Positions 55,977 to 64,000 of a stretch of DNA of 64,000 bases are shown here, piece after piece. The notes under the pieces are model-generated. The model was not told the origin of the DNA and searched no databases. It worked only from the letters and a program-made list of their open reading frames with translations. The position numbers were made by a program, and so were the translations under genes. Every line of letters begins with the position of its first letter. Positions within the stretch are counted from its first letter, which is position 1. Source of the stretch: Thermoanaerobaculia bacterium (lineage in GTDB: Bacteria > Acidobacteriota > Thermoanaerobaculia > UBA5066); contig JBGASW010000007.1 in NCBI GenBank assembly GCA_044229475.1, forward strand, positions 62,054 through 126,053, in the 5' to 3' direction.

Positions 55977-57398
55977 GTGCCCGTCGCCGTCGTCTGGCTG
56001 CGGCGGAACCTCCGCCTCGACGACAACCGCGTCCTCGACGCGGCCCTCCGGGCCGCGGACGCGGTTGTCCCGGTCTTCGTCCTCGACGACCACTACCTCG
56101 AAGACGACTACTCGCCGCCTCGCCTCGCCTTCCTCGCCGCGTCTCTGAGCGAGCTCGCGGCCGCCCTGCAGGCGAAGGGGGGCCGCCTCGTCGTCCGCAA
56201 CGGTCCGGCGGGCGACGCGCTCGCGGCGCTCTGCCGCGAGACCGGCGCGGACGCGGTCTTCACGCACGCGGACCACGAGCCGCATGGAAAGGCTCTTCAC
56301 GACGAAGCGCGCCACACCCTCGCGGCGCAGGGGACCTCGTTTCATGCCGTCGAGGACCTCCTCCTCCTGCCGCCGGGGCGGCTCGCGACGCAGGAAGGCA
56401 AGCCTTTCACGGTGTACACGCCGTTCTCGCGCCGCTGGCTCGAGGCGGACAAACCTTCCCCCGTTCCCGAGCCCGTCCGCGTTCCGGCGCCGGACGCGGT
56501 TCTCTCCGCCGCGTTCCCGTCCATCCCGCTCGAGAAGCCGCGCGGCTTCCGCGAGACGGGCGCGCCCGCGAACCCCGAGGCCGGCGCGGCTGCGGCGCGC
56601 CGGACGTGGGACGCGTTCCGCGCGTCGGCGCTCTTCCGGTACGCCGCGGAGCGCGACCGGCCGGACCTCGAAGGAACGTCGCGACTCTCTCCGCATCTCC
56701 GCTTCGGGACGATCGGGATCCGCCGCGTCCTCGCCGAGGCGCGCGCCGCGTGGAAGGATGCGCCGGCCGAAGGCCGGAAGGGGATCGAGACGTTCGTGAA
56801 GGAGCTCGCCTGGCGCGAGTTCTACGCCGGGATCCTCCACGCGTTCCCGCGCGTCCTCACGGAGAACTTCCGGAAGGACTTCGACGCGTTCCCTTGGGTT
56901 TCCGGCGAGGAGGAAGCGCGGCGCTTCGCGGCCTGGGCGGAGGGGCGCACGGGGTATCCGATCGTCGACGCGGGGATGCGGCAGCTTCTCGCCGAAGGCT
57001 GGATGCACAACCGCGTGCGCATGATCGTGGCGTCTTTCCTCACGAAGGACCTCCTCATCGACTGGCGGCGGGGCGAGGCGTTTTTCCGCCGTCATCTCGC
57101 CGACGGCGACCCCGCGTCGAACAACGGGGGCTGGCAGTGGGCCGCCGGGTGCGGGACCGACGCGCAGCCGTTCTTCCGGATCTTCAACCCCGTCCTGCAG
57201 GGGACGAAGTTCGATCCCGCCGCCGCGTACGTGACGCGGTGGATCCCCGAGCTCGCACGCGTCGCGGCCAAACCCGCCGAGCTCCACGCGCCGTGGACCC
57301 TGGGAACTCCGCCGGCCGGCTACCCCGCCCGCGTCGTCGACCACGCCGCGGCGCGGGCCGCCGCGCTCGCCGCATTCGCGACGCTGAAGAAAGGCTGA
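55977..57398 (+). CDS. phrB: Deoxyribodipyrimidine photolyase / cryptochrome family FAD protein
   Basis: Photolyase N-terminal alpha/beta domain and FAD-binding domain (TSRLSPHLRFG, GWMHNRVRM, NNGGWQW). Confidence 0.85.
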   Translation: MPVAVVWLRRNLRLDDNRVLDAALRAADAVVPVFVLDDHYLEDDYSPPRLAFLAASLSELAAALQAKGGRLVVRNGPAGDALAALCRETGADAVFTHADHEPHGKALHDEARHTLAAQGTSFHAVEDLLLLPPGRLATQEGKPFTVYTPFSRRWLEADKPSPVPEPVRVPAPDAVLSAAFPSIPLEKPRGFRETGAPANPEAGAAAARRTWDAFRASALFRYAAERDRPDLEGTSRLSPHLRFGTIGIRRVLAEARAAWKDAPAEGRKGIETFVKELAWREFYAGILHAFPRVLTENFRKDFDAFPWVSGEEEARRFAAWAEGRTGYPIVDAGMRQLLAEGWMHNRVRMIVASFLTKDLLIDWRRGEAFFRRHLADGDPASNNGGWQWAAGCGTDAQPFFRIFNPVLQGTKFDPAAAYVTRWIPELARVAAKPAELHAPWTLGTPPAGYPARVVDHAAARAAALAAFATLKKG

Positions 57399-57424
57399 AG
57401 AAAGGCTGAAGAAAGGCTGAAGAA
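57384..57424. repeat. 11-bp tandem repeat CTGAAGAAAGG x3.7 spanning the phrB stop codon
   Basis: Direct observation of three perfect units plus a partial fourth. Confidence 0.6.
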
Positions 57425-57432
57425 CCTCCCGC

Positions 57433-59559
57433 TTACGGAGCCGCGGGTGCGGGGGCCTCGAGGCGCGGCACGGGCGCGTCGAGCGGCAGCCCGTAGAGCG
57501 CGGCGTACGCGCTCTGGAAGTAGAGGACGCGCTTGACGTAGACGCGCGTCTCCGTGATCGGGATCCCTTCGAGGAACTCGTCCATCGGCGCGCCGCCCGC
57601 GGCCCTCTTCCACGACCTCACGCGTCCCGGCCCCGCGTTGTACGCGGCGACGGCGGCGGCCGTGTCTCCCTGGAACTCCGCGAGCAGGTCGCGCAGATAC
57701 GCGGCGCCGAGGTGCACGTTCTCGGCGGGGTCCCGGAGGTCCGGCCGGCCCTTCGAACCGTTCTCGCGCCGGTTCATCGACTTCCCGGTCGCGGGCATGA
57801 CCTGCATGAGGCCGAGCGCACCGGCCTTCGAGCGGATGTCCGCGGTGAAGACGCTCTCCTGCCGGATGACGCCGTAGAGGAGCGAGGCGGGAAGGCCGAC
57901 GCGCTGCGCTTCACGCTCGACGATGCCGGCGTGCGCGAGCGGGTAGTACGCGCGCCTCGCCTCGGCGGGAACCGCACCTTCCTCCGGCGTTCCGAGCTCC
58001 GGGTACTGCCGCTTGAGGAGCCCCGCGGCGCGGCGGTAGTCACCCGTGCCCGCGGCGACCCGCGCCGCGAACACGGGATCGAGCGTTCCCTCGAGCTCGG
58101 CGGCGTCGCCCGCGAGGTCCGGGAAGCCGCAGAGCAGGAGCTCGCGCGACGGGGCGAGCGGGGTCTCGCTCTGCGCGGAGGCGTCGTCGGCGAAGGCGGG
58201 AACGGGGACGGCGAGGCCTATGCCGAGCGCCGACGCCGCCCAGCGCGCGTAGAGATCGGGGGCGGCGCTGGAGACGAGGTTTGCGTAGCGCGCCTGGGCG
58301 CCTGCCGCGTCGCCGAGCCGCTCCTTCGACCGCGCGGCCCAGTACGTCGCGCGCCTCTTGACGCCGACCTCACGCCAGAGCGCGCTCTGCTCCTCGAAGG
58401 CGCGCGCGGCCTCGGCGTACCGTCCCGCCGTGTAGAGGTCGAACGCGTCGCGGAACGCCTCGGAGGCGCCGGCATCGTTCACGGGATCGATCTCGAGGAG
58501 GCGCAGCAGGAGCGTGCGCGCGTCGTCGTTCCGGCCCGCGCGGCGGGCGAGGCGCACGCCGTTCTCGAGAAGGCGGCGTCGGCCGTCGTCCGCGAGCGGC
58601 TGCGCGAGAAGCGTCGAGAGGCCGGCGAGGAGGCGCTCCGCCTCGGCCCGCTGGGCGGGCGTGAGCGCGGGCGGCGCCTTCGCCGGCGCCGGTTTCTTCC
58701 CCCGCGCGCGGCGCGCGGTGCGCGGCACGGGCGCGAGACCGCGCGCGTCGGCGAGCCAGGAGAGGACGGCGCGAAGCCGCGCCTCCGCTTCGTCGAGGCC
58801 GTCGGGCGGCGGAAGGGCGAGGAGGCGCCGCGCGTCCTTCGGACTGCCCGCGAGAAGCCACGCCTCGGCGGCCGCGGTCCGGACGGAAGCGGGTGGAGCG
58901 GGGCCGAGCGACTTCAGGAGCGCCGCGGCCTGCTTCGGGTCGCGCCCGGCGACGGCGCGCGCGCGCGCGGCGCGAACGGCGGACGGAGCGGTCTTCATCG
59001 CCGCGTCGAACGCGGCGCGGTCGGTTTCGTCGAACAGGTCCGCGGCGCGCTCCGGAGCGTCCGGCCACGCGCCGCCGGCGGCCGCGAGCACGCGGCGGCT
59101 CTCCTCGCGGGAGGGAGCGACGCGGGACAGCGCCAGCGCGCGCGCGATCCCTGCGCGCGCGTGGCGCGGGTCGGGCTCCGTCCGCGCGGCCAGCGCCTCG
59201 CGGACGGCGCGCTTGTCGGCCGGGGTCACCGCGAGTCGCGCGGCCTCTCCGAGCGCTTCGCGGGCGAGGACCTCGTCCTGCCCGGACGCGTACGCGAGGA
59301 GCGCGGAGGCCGTGGTCTTCCTCGCAGGAATACCCGACGAGAGGCTCACCCAGGGCGCGAGGCCCGGAAGGCCCAGCGGCGTTCCGTCGAGGCCGGACAC
59401 GAGCGCGGGCGTCGACGCATCGCCGCGCGAAAGAGCCGCCGCGGCGGCCGCGAATCGGCGCCGCAGGGCCGGGCGGTCTTGCGCTCCCCCAGCCGCCGCG
59501 TCCGGCGAAAGCCCGGGAGCGGCGAATGCCGCGAGGAGCGCGAGGACGGCGGGGTTCAG
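57433..59559 (-). CDS. Soluble lytic murein transglycosylase (Slt70-like; superhelical N-domain + SLT domain)
   Basis: C-terminal SLT motifs (ESVFTADIRSKAGALGLMQVMPATG, AYNAGPGRV); no in-frame ATG/GTG/TTG precedes the signal-peptide-like segment, start assigned to CTG (LNPAVLALLAAFAAPG) with low confidence. Confidence 0.7.
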   Translation of the reverse strand: MNPAVLALLAAFAAPGLSPDAAAGGAQDRPALRRRFAAAAAALSRGDASTPALVSGLDGTPLGLPGLAPWVSLSSGIPARKTTASALLAYASGQDEVLAREALGEAARLAVTPADKRAVREALAARTEPDPRHARAGIARALALSRVAPSREESRRVLAAAGGAWPDAPERAADLFDETDRAAFDAAMKTAPSAVRAARARAVAGRDPKQAAALLKSLGPAPPASVRTAAAEAWLLAGSPKDARRLLALPPPDGLDEAEARLRAVLSWLADARGLAPVPRTARRARGKKPAPAKAPPALTPAQRAEAERLLAGLSTLLAQPLADDGRRRLLENGVRLARRAGRNDDARTLLLRLLEIDPVNDAGASEAFRDAFDLYTAGRYAEAARAFEEQSALWREVGVKRRATYWAARSKERLGDAAGAQARYANLVSSAAPDLYARWAASALGIGLAVPVPAFADDASAQSETPLAPSRELLLCGFPDLAGDAAELEGTLDPVFAARVAAGTGDYRRAAGLLKRQYPELGTPEEGAVPAEARRAYYPLAHAGIVEREAQRVGLPASLLYGVIRQESVFTADIRSKAGALGLMQVMPATGKSMNRRENGSKGRPDLRDPAENVHLGAAYLRDLLAEFQGDTAAAVAAYNAGPGRVRSWKRAAGGAPMDEFLEGIPITETRVYVKRVLYFQSAYAALYGLPLDAPVPRLEAPAPAAP

Positions 59560-59569
59560 AGAGTCCCGC

Positions 59570-61258
59570 TCAGCCCATCGGCCCGAGCGACTCGGCGCGC
59601 CCGTCCGCGAGGATGCGGACGAGCTCGTCCCGGAAGAAGTCGTGCTCGCGGCGGATGTGCTCCGGCGTGCGCTCGTCGTAGACCTGCCGGCTCCGCTCGA
59701 TGTCGTCCTTGAGGCGTTCGTAGAGGTCGGACGAGGCGCGGCCCTCGTCGACCTTCTTCTCGTTGTAGAGCTTGATCTCCGAGATGAGGAGGCGCGCGAG
59801 CCGGCGCGCGTCGTCGAGGGAGCGCTGCGGCCCTTCCGTCTGGCCCGCGCGGCCGCGCGGCACGAAGCCGGAGATCGGGCGGACGCCGCCGGCATCCTTG
59901 GGAGGCAGCACGGCCGACGAGCCCGTGCGCGGGCCGGGCTTCTGGACCGTCACGTCCGCGCCGCCGGGAGCGGGCGCCTGGGGCGCGGGGCGCATGGCCG
60001 CGCTCGACGCGCGAAGCGCCTCGAACGCGCCGGTGAAATCGCCGGTGGAGGCGCCGGAGAGAGGCGACGGGATGCCGGCCGGAGGAGGCGGCGCGGTGAC
60101 GCTGGGCGGCGGCGTCAGCGACGGGTACGAGATCGAGCTCGAGGCCGGACCGGACGTGGCCACCGTCGACCCCGCCGGCGCCGGCATCGGCGGAGGCGCG
60201 GACGGCGTGGTCATCGACGGGATCTGGCTCGTGAGGCCGGGGTCCGAGAACGTGTGCTTCAGGCTCGGAACGGGGCGCTTGCCCGACTCCTCGATGGCGC
60301 GCAGGGCCTCGCGCGCGTCGGTCGGCCGCGGCCGGGCCGGAGAGGGCGGCGGTGCCGGCGCCGCGATCGTCGCGGCGGGGGGCGCCATCGAGAGCGCGTC
60401 GAGATCGGGCGCGGGCATCTGCACCGTGGCTGCGGGCGATGCGGCGGGCGCGACCTCGAAGCGCGCGATCTTCTCGCCCGTGGGCGTGAGCGTCGGAGAC
60501 GGGATCTTCTTGCGGGCCGCGAGGAGGTCCACGGCGAGGCCCGTGACGAACGTGAGGACCTCGACGGCCGCCTCGTTCAGTCGGCCCTCCTCACCGGGCA
60601 GCTCGTCGGCGCAGACGAGGCCGGCCAGGCGGTCGCGGATGACCATCGGGACGAGGAGCGTCCGCGCGGGGGCGGGGCCGGAGAGCGCTCGGCGAAGCGG
60701 CGAGCCCTCGTCGGGCGGCTCGGCGAGCATCGAGCGCTGCCCTTTCAGGACGGCCGCGACGAACGGGTCGTCCTCGGCTCCGAGGTCCACGGCGCGGACG
60801 GTCTCGTCGCGGCCGCCCGTCGCGTCGTAACCGGCCGATTTCCAGCCCGTGAGGCGGTCGTTGCGCAGGACGAGGAGCGCGACGCGGGAGGCGTGCGCCT
60901 GCGCCTGCGAAAGGAACCGGGACAGGACGTCCACCTGCGTGCGCGCGGACTCCACGGCAGCGAGAGACCCGCGGACGACGGTCCAGTCGGCCTGCGCGGG
61001 CGCCGCGGGGGCGGCGGCGCGCGCCGCGGCGGCCGGCGCCGGAGCGGGAGGTGCGGCGTCCTCGAGCATGAGGGCGACGACGTCCTCGGGAAACAGGGGC
61101 TTGGCCTGCGCCGGGATCTTGTCGGAAAGGGCCGCGAGCAGGGACTCGATGTCCCGGCGGGCGTCCACGAGCGACGACTTCCACGTCGCGAGGTGATCCT
61201 CGAGGTGCGTGGAAAGCGATTCGATCAACCGGCGTGTCGCGGCGGGATCCACCGACAT
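59570..61258 (-). CDS. Hypothetical protein: N-terminal GAF-like domain, long Pro/Ala/Ser-rich linker, conserved C-terminal helical domain
   Basis: 562 aa; coding codon bias; C-terminal LARLLISEIKLYNEKKVDEGR ... segment looks conserved-domain-like. Confidence 0.5.
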   Translation of the reverse strand: MSVDPAATRRLIESLSTHLEDHLATWKSSLVDARRDIESLLAALSDKIPAQAKPLFPEDVVALMLEDAAPPAPAPAAAARAAAPAAPAQADWTVVRGSLAAVESARTQVDVLSRFLSQAQAHASRVALLVLRNDRLTGWKSAGYDATGGRDETVRAVDLGAEDDPFVAAVLKGQRSMLAEPPDEGSPLRRALSGPAPARTLLVPMVIRDRLAGLVCADELPGEEGRLNEAAVEVLTFVTGLAVDLLAARKKIPSPTLTPTGEKIARFEVAPAASPAATVQMPAPDLDALSMAPPAATIAAPAPPPSPARPRPTDAREALRAIEESGKRPVPSLKHTFSDPGLTSQIPSMTTPSAPPPMPAPAGSTVATSGPASSSISYPSLTPPPSVTAPPPPAGIPSPLSGASTGDFTGAFEALRASSAAMRPAPQAPAPGGADVTVQKPGPRTGSSAVLPPKDAGGVRPISGFVPRGRAGQTEGPQRSLDDARRLARLLISEIKLYNEKKVDEGRASSDLYERLKDDIERSRQVYDERTPEHIRREHDFFRDELVRILADGRAESLGPMG

Positions 61259-61353
61259 ACGTCTCCTGACGGCGCCAATCCGGGGCCCGTGTGGCGTCGT
61301 GTCCCGGCATTATATTCAGACAACACGACTTGTGCCTGCCCCCGGCTCCCTGT

Positions 61354-61382
61354 TTGACGGGAGCGCCCCGGCCCCTTAGCAT
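61354..61382 (+). promoter_or_regulatory. Candidate sigma-70 promoter TTGACG-N17-TAGCAT for rpsU-mutS2
   Basis: -35/-10-like hexamers with 17-nt spacer ~70 nt upstream of rpsU start. Confidence 0.35.
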
Positions 61383-61450
61383 GTGGGGTTTGCCCGCGTC
61401 CGGAGACCGCCGTCCGGACCAGTCGGGGCGCGGAAGGAGGGATTCCAAAA

Positions 61451-61657
61451 GTGCCGCTGATCCACGTCAAAGAGGACGAGTCGTTCGAGAACGCCCTGCG
61501 CCGTTTCAAGCGCAAGTGCGAAAAGTCCGGCATCCTCTCGGAACTCAAGAAGCGTCAGCACTACGAGAAGCCCTCGGCCAAGCGGAAACGCAAGGCCATC
61601 GCCGCCCGCAAGAAGATGCTCCGCAAACTCGCCGAAGAGCGCCGTACCGGGATGTAG
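61451..61657 (+). CDS. rpsU: 30S ribosomal protein S21
   Basis: [48 protein letters not shown] matches S21; GTG start with SD GGAAGGAGGG. Confidence 0.9.
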   Translation: MPLIHVKEDESFENALRRFKRKCEKSGILSELKKRQHYEKPSAKRKRKAIAARKKMLRKLAEERRTGM

Positions 61658-61668
61658 ATTCCCGGTTG

Positions 61669-64000
61669 GTGTCACCCCTTCCGGCTCACTCCGAACTCGA
61701 CTGGCCCGGCGTGCTGCGGCTCGCCGGGCGTTTTTGTTCCTCGGAGCGGGGCCGGATGCGCCTGCTCGCGTCCGAGCCGTCGGCCGATCCCTTCGAGGTC
61801 GCCCGGCGCCTCGGGGTGACGCGCGACCTCCTCGCGCGCCGCGCGTGGAGGCCCGCGATCGCCCTCGCGGGAATCGACGAAGGCGCGCCGCTCGTCGCGC
61901 GCCTCGGCCCCGCGAACCGCGCCCTCGACCCCGAAGACCTCCTCGACCTCTTCCTCCTCGTCGAACGCGCCGAGGGCGCCCGCGCCGCGGTGCCCGTCGA
62001 GGGTGCGGAGCTCCCCGCGCTCACGGAGCTCCTCCGCCCGCTCGCGGACTTCGAGGACCTCCTCTCCGAGCGCGACCCGACGTTCGAGCCCGACGGCCGG
62101 ATCAAGGACACGGCTTCGGCGCGGCTCTACGCGCTGCGTGCGGCGATCCAGCGCCTGCGCCGCGACCTCGTGAGGAAGCTCGACGAGCTCGCGCGCGTCC
62201 AGGGCGACGCCCTCTCCGGCGGCTACGTGACGGAGAAGGGCGGGCGCTACTGCCTCCCCGTGCGCTCGGACCGTCGCGAGGCCGTGCAGGGTCTCGTGCA
62301 CGAGAAGTCGGGCTCGGGGCAGACGCTGTTCGTCGAGCCGCTCGCGGTCGTCGAGGACAACAACGCGCTCGCCGAGGCCCTCGAAGAGGAGCGCGAGGAA
62401 GTCCACCGCATCCTCGTCGCGCTCACGGCGCGGTTCTCACAGCGCCGCCCCGAGCTCACCCTCGCCGTGGAGATCCTGACGGAGCTCGACGCCGCGCAGG
62501 CGCGCGCGGAGTTTTCGTCGGCCTCGGGCGGCGTGTTCCCCGAGTTCGGGGACCGCCTCGTCCTGAAGGGCGCCCGCCACCCGCTCCTCGACAGGCGGCT
62601 CGCCGAGCTGCGCGCCGAGGTGTTCGGCGAGGACGAGGGGCGCCACGCGGACGCGGTGCCCCTGGACCTCGAGCTGCCGGAGGGCGCACGGACGCTCCTC
62701 CTGTCGGGGCCCAATGCGGGCGGCAAGAGCGTCGCGATGAAGACGGCCGGGCTCTTCTCGCTCCTCGCCCAGTCGGGCTTCGCGATTCCGGCGGGCGCCG
62801 GCTCGGCGCTTCCGGTCTTCGACCGCGTGCTCGTCGTCGCCGGAGACGCCCAGGACCTGCTCGGCGACCTCTCGTCCTTCGCCGCCGCCATGACGCGCAC
62901 CGCGCGCGTCCTCGCCGAGGCGACGCCGAGGAGTCTCGTCCTCCTCGACGAGCTCGGGAGCGGCACCGACCCCGACGAGGGCGCCGCGATCGCGATCGCG
63001 GTTCTCGCCGAGGACCTCGCGCGCGGCGGATTCACGATCGCCACGACGCACCTCTCCGCCGTCAAGGAATGGGCGCAGGACCGCCCGGGCGTCCTCTCGG
63101 CCGCGATGGAGTTCGACGAAAAGGCGGGCCGTCCGACGTTTCACGTCCGGCCCGGCACGTTCGGCCGCTCGCGCGCGCTCGCCGTCGCCGAGCGCGCCGG
63201 TCTGCCGGCGCGCGTCCTCAAGGCGGCGAAGGCGCGGCTCGGAAACGCGTGGGAAGCCGCCGACGCGGCTCTCACGCGGCTCGAGGCGGAGACCCGCCGC
63301 GCCCGGGAGGCGGCCGACGCCGCGAAGGCGGCGGCGCTCAAGGCGGAAGCGCGGCTTGCCGAGCTCGACCGGGATCGCACCGCGCTCACCCTCGAGCGCG
63401 CAAAGGTCAAGGAGAAGGCGAAAGAGCAGATCGAGCGGGCGCTCCTGACGCTGCGCGAGAAGACGCGCCAGGAGCTCGAGCGGATGCGCGAGGACCTCAA
63501 AGCGGGACGGAGCGTCTCGAAGGGCGCGCTCATGACGGTGACGCAGAGCGCGCGCGAGGCGGCGCTCGGCCTCTTCGGCGAAGACGAGCCCGAAACACCG
63601 GCCGGGCCGGTCGCTCCGGGAATGGACGTCCGGGTCGCGCCGTTCGGAGCGGTGGGAAGGCTGCTCGCGCTCGGGGCGCGAGGCGAGGCCGAGGTCGAGG
63701 TCAAGGGCAAACGGATGCGCGTCGACGTGAGGTCGCTCTCTCCTGCGTCCACGGCCGCAATCGGTCGGCCGAACCCCGCAGGCGCAGGCCGCGCCGCTTC
63801 CGGGGTCCCCTTTTCTAAGAACTCTTCTTCGGCTTCCTCTTCTTCCGACCTCTCAGGCGCCTCCCCCGCCGTCGTCGCGACGGCCGAGCTCGTCCTCGTC
63901 GGCCAGCGCGTCGACGCGGCTCTCCCGCTCGTCGAGCGCGCGATCAACGACGCGCTGCTGTCGGGCAAGGGCGCCTTGCGCCTCGTCCACGGCCACGGCA
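61669..64000 (+). CDS. mutS2: Endonuclease MutS2 (5' part; continues beyond window; not in ORF track because no stop in window)
   Basis: Manual translation of frame 1: Walker A LLSGPNAGGKSVAMKTAGL, VLLDELGSGTDPDEGAA, ATTH; coiled-coil; Smr start LRLVHGHG at window end; start GTG/TTG ~12 nt after rpsU stop. Confidence 0.8.
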   Translation, partial: MSPLPAHSELDWPGVLRLAGRFCSSERGRMRLLASEPSADPFEVARRLGVTRDLLARRAWRPAIALAGIDEGAPLVARLGPANRALDPEDLLDLFLLVERAEGARAAVPVEGAELPALTELLRPLADFEDLLSERDPTFEPDGRIKDTASARLYALRAAIQRLRRDLVRKLDELARVQGDALSGGYVTEKGGRYCLPVRSDRREAVQGLVHEKSGSGQTLFVEPLAVVEDNNALAEALEEEREEVHRILVALTARFSQRRPELTLAVEILTELDAAQARAEFSSASGGVFPEFGDRLVLKGARHPLLDRRLAELRAEVFGEDEGRHADAVPLDLELPEGARTLLLSGPNAGGKSVAMKTAGLFSLLAQSGFAIPAGAGSALPVFDRVLVVAGDAQDLLGDLSSFAAAMTRTARVLAEATPRSLVLLDELGSGTDPDEGAAIAIAVLAEDLARGGFTIATTHLSAVKEWAQDRPGVLSAAMEFDEKAGRPTFHVRPGTFGRSRALAVAERAGLPARVLKAAKARLGNAWEAADAALTRLEAETRRAREAADAAKAAALKAEARLAELDRDRTALTLERAKVKEKAKEQIERALLTLREKTRQELERMREDLKAGRSVSKGALMTVTQSAREAALGLFGEDEPETPAGPVAPGMDVRVAPFGAVGRLLALGARGEAEVEVKGKRMRVDVRSLSPASTAAIGRPNPAGAGRAASGVPFSKNSSSASSSSDLSGASPAVVATAELVLVGQRVDAALPLVERAINDALLSGKGALRLVHGHG

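Noticed and set aside
61734-63818. 694-aa plus-strand ORF in frame 0 and several minus ORFs at 61672-63968
   Set aside because: Wrong frame or strand. The real gene is MutS2 in frame 1 (Walker A LLSGPNAGGKSV), unreported by the ORF track because it has no stop within the window.
1-64000. CRISPR arrays, rRNA/tRNA genes, transposases/IS elements, prophage blocks
   Set aside because: No direct-repeat/spacer arrays, no T-psi-C/anticodon-arm-like structures in intergenic regions of suitable size, and no DDE/transposase or phage structural motifs in any credible ORF.

Overview
This 64-kb window is a high-GC (about 70-73%) chromosomal segment of a Gram-negative bacterium whose codon usage and gene content look Myxococcota- or Acidobacteriota-like; I cannot assign a taxon from sequence alone. 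I support about 65 protein-coding genes and found no rRNA, tRNA, CRISPR array, transposase or obvious prophage.

The ancient topA - trmFO - xerC - hslV - hslU synteny is present, with genes inserted into it. Other recognisable genes include dapF, mpl, class II B12-dependent ribonucleotide reductase (nrdJ), fur, a photolyase, rpsU and the 5' part of mutS2.

The most interesting locus lies at roughly 36.4-44.3 kb. A heme-c-containing sensor histidine kinase, an archaemetzincin-like metalloprotease and an NtrC-type sigma-54 activator sit on one strand. They are followed by a terminator, a candidate -24/-12 sigma-54 promoter and a tight seven-gene operon. The operon encodes a Cys-rich small protein, a 27-aa hydrophobic peptide, a Tat-exported four-cluster [4Fe-4S] subunit (HybA/PsrB-like), an NrfD/PsrC-type quinone-interacting membrane subunit, a cytochrome c7-like triheme cytochrome, and two membrane-anchored proteins with a glycine-cleavage H-protein (GcvH, lipoyl-domain) fold. 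I do not recognise this combination as a described complex.

Second, a leader peptide rich in Phe/Tyr codons plus an intrinsic terminator precedes a tri-domain prephenate dehydratase - DAHP synthase - chorismate mutase fusion gene, which looks like ribosome-mediated attenuation. Other points are an HslV with an 8-residue N-terminal extension, an operon encoding radical SAM, SRPBCC, rhodanese, Ser/Thr kinase-TPR and YjbQ proteins, a perfect 17-bp TetR-type operator palindrome, and a secreted-protein operon of unknown function.

Many long GC-driven shadow ORFs in the six-frame track were rejected. Coordinates were derived from ORF-track arithmetic where possible. Small motifs read directly from the sequence may be off by 1-2 nt.
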